From positions 192,881 to 256,880 of the forward strand of contig OY760867.2 in NCBI GenBank assembly GCA_963664035.2: 64,000 nucleotides of DNA, given 5' to 3'. Position 1 is the first letter of the stretch. Every line of letters begins with the position of its first letter. The DNA is from Dehalococcoidia bacterium. GTDB taxonomy: Bacteria; Chloroflexota; Dehalococcoidia; Lucifugimonadales; G958296245. The notes below the pieces were generated by a model that ran no database searches, was not told the origin of the DNA, and was given only the letters and a program-made list of their open reading frames with translations. The position numbers and the translations under genes are program-made. Positions 41,101 to 50,100 of the stretch are shown piece after piece.

Positions 41101-44100
41101 GTCGATCCCCTGCCGCTGTCCGACCAAGGGCTCTTGCCCATCCCGTTGATCGCCTGCACCTGCGCCTCGTACGTAGTCTCCTCCGTCAGCCCGCTGATCA
41201 CGACACCGGTCACCGTCGACGAGTCCGAGCTCCAGCTCTTCGCCCCATCGACCCTATACCTAATGTTGTAGCCCGTGATCGCAGACCCGTTGTCCGCCGG
41301 CGCCGTCCACGTCACGCTCAACGCCGTCTGAGGCGAAGAGCCCGCGGGCGACACCGAAGGCGCGTCCGGCTCGTTCGGCGGGTTCGTTATGTCGTCCGCG
41401 CTCGGAAGAACCTTCGTGAAGCCTGCGCCCGCGTCCGACCACAGCCCCGTGCCCTCCGCGTTGCTCGCCCGCACACGCGCCTCGTACTCGACGCCGGGCG
41501 TCAGGCCCGTTATCGTGTCGCTCGTCCCCGTCCCGTCGAACGACAGGTCCGTCCACGTCCCGCCCGACAGCCGGTACTCCACGTCGTAGTCCGTTATCGC
41601 CGGCTTGCCCGTCATGTCCGGCGCCGTCCACGACACGTCCAGCGTCCTGTAACGGTCGCTGCCCTGGAACAGGTCGGGCGCATCGGGCGCGGCAGGCGGC
41701 TCCGCAACGTCGTTTATGGTGATCGTCACCGTGATGACCGCGTTTATCATGTCGTGGTCGGGGTCGTTCCGGTCCGCGTGGCTCGCCGTCACCGTGATGA
41801 CGTGCGAGTGGCTCTGCTCGTAGTCCAGGTTCGCGCCCTGGCGCACCAGGATCTGCCCGGTGGCGGAGTTTATCGTGAACTCGTCGTGCTCGGTCCCGCC
41901 CTGGCTCGACGCGGACGCGCCGCCGCCGACCACCTCGTCCGAGGTTATGGCGTAGGCCACCGCGTGACCGTCCGAGTCCACCGCCGGCAGAGAGCCGCTC
42001 ACCGCCGTCCCGCCCACGGCGTTCTCGGGCACCTGCACCGACGCCTTCTCGATAGCCCGCGTCCGGGTGGAGCCGCTCGTAGACCAACCGCTCTCCCCCT
42101 CGTCGTTCTTAGCCTTTACCTGCACCTCGTACCGCGTGCCCTTCGCCAGACCGGCTATCGTCGTCGAAGTAGCCGCGCCCGTGAAGCTATGGCTCGTCCA
42201 GGCTATCGTGCTCGTGCCCGTCTTCCTGTACCGCACGTCGTAGTCCGTGACCGCCGGCTTGCCGGTCATGTCCGGCGCGTCCCACCACACGTCCAGCGCG
42301 GCGCTGGGCGTGTCGGCGTTCTGCTTCATCGTAGGGCCGTCGGGCGCCGCGGGCGGCTCCGCAACGTCCGTGACGTTGATCGTGACCGCTATCGTGTCGT
42401 CTATCGCCGCGTCCGGGTTGCCCGAGTCGTCCTCGTTGTCCGTCACCTGCACCGTCACGCTGTAAGACGACTTCGCCTCGTAGTCCGGCACCCGGCCCGA
42501 CTTCACCGTGATCTGGCCCGTGCCGCTCCCTATCTCGAACTCGTCAGCGTCCGTCCCCGCCAGCGAGTACGACAGCGTGTCGCCGTCCTGGTCCGTCGCC
42601 GTCACGACCGCCCCCACGTTCGTACCCGCGGCCGAGTTCTCGGCAACCGAGCGCGCCGCCGTATCGTCCGGGAACTCCGGCGTCTCGCTCACGTCCGTCA
42701 CGTTGATCGTCACCGGCACCACGTAGTCGCCAGGCGCGTTCGGGTCCACGCTCGCGCTCTGGACGGAGGCCCCGGCCGAGGCCGCCCGCACCGTCACCAC
42801 CACGCTGTACGAGGTCTTGTTGCTCTCGTAGTCCAGCGTCGTCCCGGACTTCACCTTCACCTGCCCCGTCGCGCTCTCGATCGTGAAGCTGCCCGCGTCC
42901 GCGCCGCTCAGGCTGTGGCTGTACGTGTACGCGGTCGAAGTAGCCGTCACCGCAGCGCCCACGTTCGTCCCCGCCGGCGAGTTCTCCGCGATCTCGCGCG
43001 TCACACCGCCCGCCGTCGTGATGGCGATACCCGAGTTCGACCAATCGCCCGTGCCCTCCGCGTTCGTCGCCCGCACCTGCGCGTCGTAGCTCTTGCCCGC
43101 CGTCAGCCCCGTTATGCTCGTGCTGGTCGTCGTGCCCGTGAAGCCCAGGTCCGTCCAGGTCGAACCGCCCGACAGCCTGTAACGCACGTCGTAGTCCGTG
43201 ATCGCGGGCTTGCCCGTCATGTCAGGCGCCGTCCACGACACGTCCAGCTTGCTCGTAGGCGACGCCGCGTTCGCCGCAACGGTGACGACAGGCTTGGCCG
43301 GCGGCTCCGCAACGTCCGTAACGTAGACCGTCACCTCTATCGTGTCGTCAACGACCGTGTCCGGGTTGTCGTCCTTGTCCTTCCGGTCGCTCACCTGCAC
43401 GGTGACGCTGTACGTGGTCTTCGCCTCGTAGTTGGGGACGTGCCCCGTCTTGACCTTCACCTGGCCGGTGTTCAGCCCAACGTCGAACTTGCCGCCGTCG
43501 ACTCCGCTCAGCGTGTAGTAGAGGGTATGGTTCTCGGTGTCGGTCGCCGTCACCGGCGCGCCCACGTTGGTCCCGGCCGCCGAGTTCTCCGCGATGCTCC
43601 GCGTAGTCGTCGCCGACGGGAACTCCGAGTGGACGTTCTTGTCCTGCGTCCGGGCGCTCCCGCTGGCCGACCATGCGCCGTCGCCCTCGTCGTTCACCGC
43701 CCGCACCTGAACGTCGTAGCTCGTGTCCTCCGTCAGGCCCGTCAGCCTAGCGGTGGTCGCCGTTCCCGCGTGCGCCCAGGCGCTCCACGTGGACGTGGCG
43801 CTCTTCTTGTACCGCAGGTCGTAGTCCGTGATCGCCGGCTTGCCCGTCACGTCCGGCGCCGTCCACGACACGTCCAGCTCCGTCTTCGGCGACGGCGAGT
43901 GCTGCCACACCGAAGGCGCGGCCGGCGCCGCCGGCGGCTCGGCAACGTCCGTCACGTTGATCGTCACCGCGACCGTGTCGTCGATCGCCGTGTCGGCCGT
44001 TCCGTCAGCGGCCTTCCTGTCGCTCACGTTCACCGTCACGCTGTAGCTGCTCTTCGCCTCGTGGTCCAGGCTCGTGCCCGTACCCACCGTTATCTGCCCC

Positions 44101-47100
44101 GTCGTCTGGCCGACGGCGAACTTGCCCGCGTCCGCGCCCGTCAGGCTGTAGTACAGCGCGTCGCCCTCCTGGTCCGTCGCCGTGACCGCCGCGCCCACGT
44201 TGGCCCCCGCCGCCGAGTTCTCCAAGACACCGCGGGTGGTGGTCGCGCCGTCGTCGAACTCCGGCCTCTCGTTGACGTTGGTTACGTTGATGGTCACTGG
44301 GATGACGTAGTCGCCCGGCGCGTTGGGTCCCTGGCTCTGCACGCCCGCCACGGCGGCCTTCACCGTCACCGTCACGCTGTAGGACGACTTGGTCTCGTAG
44401 TCCAGCGTGGTTCCCGTCCCCACCGTGATCTGGCCCGTGTCGCTGGCGATCTCGAACTCGCTCGCGTCCGTGCCGCTCAGGCTGTGGGTGAGCGTGTAGC
44501 TGTTCGGGTTGGACGGGGCGGTCACCGCCGCGCCCACGTTGGTCCCGGCCGCCGAGTTCTCGGCGATGCTGCGGGTCACGCCCCCGACCTGAGTGATGGC
44601 CGTGCCCGAGTCCGACCAGGCCCCGTTGCCCTCGTCGTTCACCGCCCGCACCTGCGCCTCGTAGCTCTTGCCGTCGGCCAGCCCCGTCAGCGTCGTCGAG
44701 GTGGACGTGCCCGTGAAGCCGTGCGAAGTCCACGAGCTGTCCCCAACCTTCCGGTACTGCACGTCGTAGTCCGTGATCGCCGGTTTCCCCGTCATCGTCG
44801 GCGCCGTCCAGGACACCTCCAGCTTGGTAGCCGGAGACGTCGCGTGGTTCGATACGGTGATGGTAGGCTTGCCCGGCGGCTCGGCAACGTCCGTCACGTT
44901 GATCGTCACCGGGACGACGTAGTCGCCCGGCGCGTTCGGGCTGAGGCTGGCGCTCTGCACGCCGGCCGCCGCGGCCCTGACAGTCACCGTGACGCTGTAG
45001 GAGCTCTTGGCCTCGTAGTCCAAGCTCGTACCGGCCTTGACCTTTATCCGGCCCGTGCCGCTCTCGATGGTGAACTTGGACGCGTCGGTCCCGCTCATCG
45101 TGTGGGTCAGCGTGTAGTTGTTGGGGTTGGAGGCCGCCGTCACCGCGGCGCCCACGTTCGTGTTGGCTGCCGAGTTCTCGGCGACGCTCCGCGACACCGC
45201 GTTGGCGTCCGTGATGCCGCTGCCCGAGGCCGACCAGCCGCCCGCGCCCTCGTCGTTCGTCGCGCGCACCTGCACCTCGTAGCTCTTGCCGGTGGCCAGG
45301 CCCGTCAGCGTGGTCGATCTCCCCGTGCCCGTGAAGGAGTGCGAAGTCCACGTCGAACCGCCCGACTGCCGGTACTGCACGTCGTAGTCGCTGATCGCCG
45401 GCTTGCCGGTCATCGTGGGCGCGGTCCAGGACACGCCCAGCTTCGTCGAAGGCGTCGTCGAGTTCGCCGCCACCGACGGCGCGGCCGGGGCCGCCGGGGG
45501 CTCGTTCACGTCCGTCACGTCGATCGTCACCGCTATCGTGTCGTCGATGACGGTGTCGGCCGTGCCCGAGCCGTCCTTCTTGTCGCTGACGCCGACGGTC
45601 ACGCTGTAGGAGGTCTTGGCCTCGTAGTCGGGGATATTGCCCGACTTGACCTTGATCTGCCCGCTGGTCGAGACGATGGTGAACTTGCTCGCGTCCGTTC
45701 CCGACAGCGAGTATTCCAGCGTGTCGCCCTCCGGGTCGGTCGCCGTAAAGGCCGCGCCGACGTTCGTGTTCGCCGCCGAGTTCTCGGCGATGCTCCGCGT
45801 GGTGGTGGCCGGGAGCTCCGGCGGCTCGTTCACGTCCGTCACGTTGATCGTCACGGCGACGACGAAGACCGATGGGATGGTCGAGCCGCCGCCGATCTGC
45901 GCGGCGTCCACGTGTACCTTGACGCTATAGGAGGTCCTGGTCTCGTAGTCCAGCGTCGTCCCGCTCTTCACCGTGATCTGGCCGGTGGTGGAGCCGATGT
46001 CGAACTTGGAAGCGTCGGTTCCTCCCAGCCGGTAGGCCTCGGTGTGGCCCTGGAGGTTCACGCTGGCGGTGACCGCCGCGCCCACGCTGGTCCCCGCCGG
46101 CGAGTTCTCGGCGACGCTGCGCGTGGCGGGGTCCGGGTCCGTGCGCCAGTCGCCGGAGTCGGACCACGGGCCGTCCCCCTCGTCGTTCCTGGCGCGCACC
46201 TGCGCCTGGTAGGAGGTCTGGGAGGAGAGGCCCGTCAGCGTCACGTTCGTCCCCGTTCCGGTGAAGGTGGGGGTGACCCAGCTCACGCCGCCATCCGAGG
46301 AGGCCCGTATGTTCCACTGGGTGATGGGCGGCTTGCCCGTCATGCTCGGCGCCGTCCAAGACGCGTCGATCTTGCTGTGGGAGGACGACGAGGCGCGGCT
46401 CAGCGTCGGCGCGGCCGGCTTGCCCGGCGGCTCGTTCGCGTCCGAAACGGTGATCGTCACCGCAATCGTGCTGTCTATCGTCGGCGTCGCCTGGACGTTG
46501 CCGTCATTGTCCTTGGAGTCGGTGGCCTCCACGGTGACGCTGAACGACGGCGCGGTCGCCGGGTCGCTCCCGTCCGCCTTTTCGTAGTTGAGCGCCGTTC
46601 CCGACGCCACCTTGATCTGCCCGGTGGACGTGCTGATGGTGAACTTGCTCGCGTCCGTCCCCGACAGCGAGTAGGTGATCGGGTCGCCCTCCGCGTCCGT
46701 CGCCGTCACGGCCGCGCCCACGTTGGCGTTGGCCGCCGAGTTCTCGGCGACGCTGCGCGTGGTCGTGCCGCTCGTGAACTTCGGCATGTCGTTCTTGGCC
46801 GTGCTGGCATAGGCGACGTCGGACCACGGGCCGATGCCCAGTGAGTTGTACGCGGCGACCCGGAACTGGTACTCGGTGTCCTTAACGAGACTGGGCAGCT
46901 CGGCGCTGACCTTGGTCTTCGTGCAGTCCACGGTGGTGCACCACACCGTCACTGTCTTCCCCTGGAAGATCCAGTGGCCGCCCTTCTTTACGTAGTTGAC
47001 CCCGTAGCTGGTGATGGTGCCGTAGTCCGGATCGCTGGCATGGGTGTTCCAGGTGGCGATGAGGGTGGCTGCCGGGTCCGAGGCCTTGGGAGCGCCGGAT

Positions 47101-50100
47101 AGCCCGTCCAGCTTGCGGGGTTTGTAGATCAAGTCCGTCACGTCTATGGTCACGTCGATGTCGTCGTCCGTCGCCGTGTCCGCATTGCCGCTGCCGTCCT
47201 TGCCGTCGCTCACCTTGACGATGACGGCGTATTGCTTCTTGGTCTCGTAGTCGGGCACGTACCCGGTCTTGACCTTGATCTCGGCCGTGGACGTGCTGAA
47301 GTCGAACTTGGCGGCGTCCACCCCTTCGAGGGTGTAGGTGAGGGCGTCGCCGTCCGGGTCTGTGGCGGTCACCGTGCCGACGGACGTGCCGACGGCGACG
47401 TTCTCGGCCACGGTCAGCGTCTTGGTCGGGGAGGAGAAGGTGGGCGGGGCGTTCAGGGCCTGGGTCGTGCCCTTGCCGATCGCGGACCAGCCGCTCTCTC
47501 CCTCGTCGTTCTTCGCCTTCACCTGCACGTGGTAGTGCGTGCCCATGGTCAGCCCGGACAGCGTCGTGCTCGTTGCGGCCCCGGTGAAGGCGTGGGACGT
47601 CCAATTCGAGACGGAGCTCCTGTACCGCACGTCGTAGTCCGTGATGGCGGGCTTGCCCGTCATCGTGGGCGGAATCCAGCTCACGTCCAGCTTCGTCTTG
47701 GGCGTCGCGCCGTTCTGCGCCACCGTGGGCGTGCCCGGCGCGTCCGGCGGCTCCTTCACGTCGGTCACGTTGATCGTCACCGTGATCTTGTCGTCCACCG
47801 CGGTGTCGGCCACCCCCTCGGCGTCCTTCTTGTCGCTCACGCCGACCCTCACCGTGTACGAGGTCTTGGCCTCGTAGTCCGGCACGTAGCCGGCCTTGAC
47901 CGTGATCTGGCCGGTGCCGGTGTTCAGGTTGAGCTTGTCCTTGTCGGTCCCGTGCAGCGAGTAGGTCAGCGTGTCGCCGTCCGCGTCCGTGGTCGTCACC
48001 GCCGCGCCCACGTTCGTCCCCGCCGCCGAGTTCTCGGCGACGGAGCGCGTGGCCGTGGCGGGGAAGCTCGGGTTCGTGTTGCCCGCCGTCTTCTTCGAGC
48101 CGGACGGCGACCAGCCGCTCGAACCCTCGTCGTTCTTCGCCAGCACCTGCACGTCGTAGGTCGTCTTGGCGCTCAGGCCCGAGATGGTCGTGGTCGCTCC
48201 CGCCCCCGTGAACGAATGGGACGTCCAGGTGGACGCGCCGCTCTTCTTGTACTGCACGTCGTAGTCGCTGATGGCCGGCTTGCCCGTCATCGTCGGCGCG
48301 GTCCAGCTCACGTCCAGCTTCGTCTTGGGCGTCGCGGCGTTCCGCGCCACCGTCGGCGCGCCCGGCGCGTCCGGCGGCTCGTTAATGTCGGTCACGTTGA
48401 TGGTCACCGTGGTGGTGTTGTCCACGGAGCTGTCCGCCTCTCCGAAGGGGCCCTTCCGGTCGCTGACGTGTACCCTGACCTGGTACGAGCTCTTGGCCTC
48501 GTAGTCCGGGACGTAGCCCGTCTTGACCTTGATCTGGCCGGAGGCGGCGTCGATGGTGAACTTGCTCGCGTCCGTGTAGCTCATCGTGTAGACGAGGGTG
48601 TCTCCGTCGCCGTCCGTGGCGGTCACCGCGGCGCCGACGTTCGTGCCCACGGCCGAGTTCTCGACGATGCTGCGCGTGGTCAGGAGCGACGGGAACACGG
48701 GCCGCTCGTTGGTGGCCATCCGCAGCTCCGCCGTGTCGGACCAGCCGCCGTTGCCCTCGCTGTTCTTGGCCCGCACCCTGAACTGGTAGGTCTTGCCCTT
48801 GACCAGGTTGTCCTTGTCTGCCTTGGTGTTGGCGGTCGAGGTGACCGCGCTCCAGCTGCCGGCGGTCTTCAGCTTGTACTGCACCTCGTAGGAGGTCGCC
48901 ACCGAGTCCTTGTCCCACGACAGGTCCGCGCCGAAGTGGGGCCGTGCGGGGTCCCGACTCGCCCTCAGCCCGGTCACCTTGCCCGGCGCGTTCCTGTCCA
49001 ACACCGTGATGTCGAGGGTCTGCTTGGCCGTCACGCCCCCCGTGGTGTATTGGACGTAGCCGCTGATGCTCGTCTTGGTCTCGTAGTCCAGCGACTGGTC
49101 GGACTTCAGCCGGAGGCGGCCGAAGTTGTAGAAGCCCGTCTGGTTGCGGCCCTCGACGGTGAAGTAGTTGGCCGCGTCGCCGTGGATGGTGAAGTTGCTG
49201 GGACTTCCGTTGTTATTGGGATTGTAATTGGAGGCGAGCGTATAGTTGGGGACGAGATGTCCGGGGAGCAGGGTCTCGGCAACCCTGACGGACAGCGTGC
49301 AGTCGGCCCACTTCACCTTCCAGGTGGTGCTGGCGCTGGCGCCCCTGGGGTCCGTGGCCGTGATGGTGATCGTGTGCCAGTTGTTGGGAGTGGCGTGGTA
49401 CACGTCGACCGCCATCTTCGTAAAGTCGCCCTCGATGGGGCTGAACTCCGCAATGACCGAGTTCGTGCTGTGTCCCGTCAGCGTCAGCTTGTTGGTGCCG
49501 GTGTCATTCCCGTCGACGGGCGAGTCCCTGAACAGGTTTCCGTGAACGGTGGGACCGTACGAGAACTTCGTGGCGGCGTTGCAGCCGCCGGTTGAAGAGC
49601 TGCCGTCCGGGAAACTTGACTCCACCGCGAACACGTCGTTGTTCGCCTTGACGGTGATGGTGAAGGTCAGGGTGGCGGCGGTGTGGGCCGCGGCTGAAAC
49701 GGTCCATGTGTAGGTGGTCGCGGCCTTGGCGGCCGTGGGCGTGCCGCTGATGGTGCGGCTTGCGGCGTTGTAGGTCAGCCCGGCCGGCAGCGTCCCCGTG
49801 AAGGTCTCCGTCATCTGGATGCTTGAGCCCCTCGGGCTGGTGGCCGCGGGAAGGGTTATGGGAGTGATGGGCGCGTGCTGCCAGAAGCTCTGGTCGGCGA
49901 CGGTCTCGCTGAAGCTCAGCGCCGGGACGGTGACCGCAATCTTGAAGCTCAGGCTGGCAGCGCTGCCGTCCGCCTCCGTGGCGGTGTAGCTGAAGTTGGT
50001 GGACGCCAGCGTCGCCGTGGGCGTGCCGGTGATGGTCCGGTTCGCGGCGCTGAAGCTCAGACCCGACGGCAGCGACGGCGACACGCTGTAGGTGATCGTC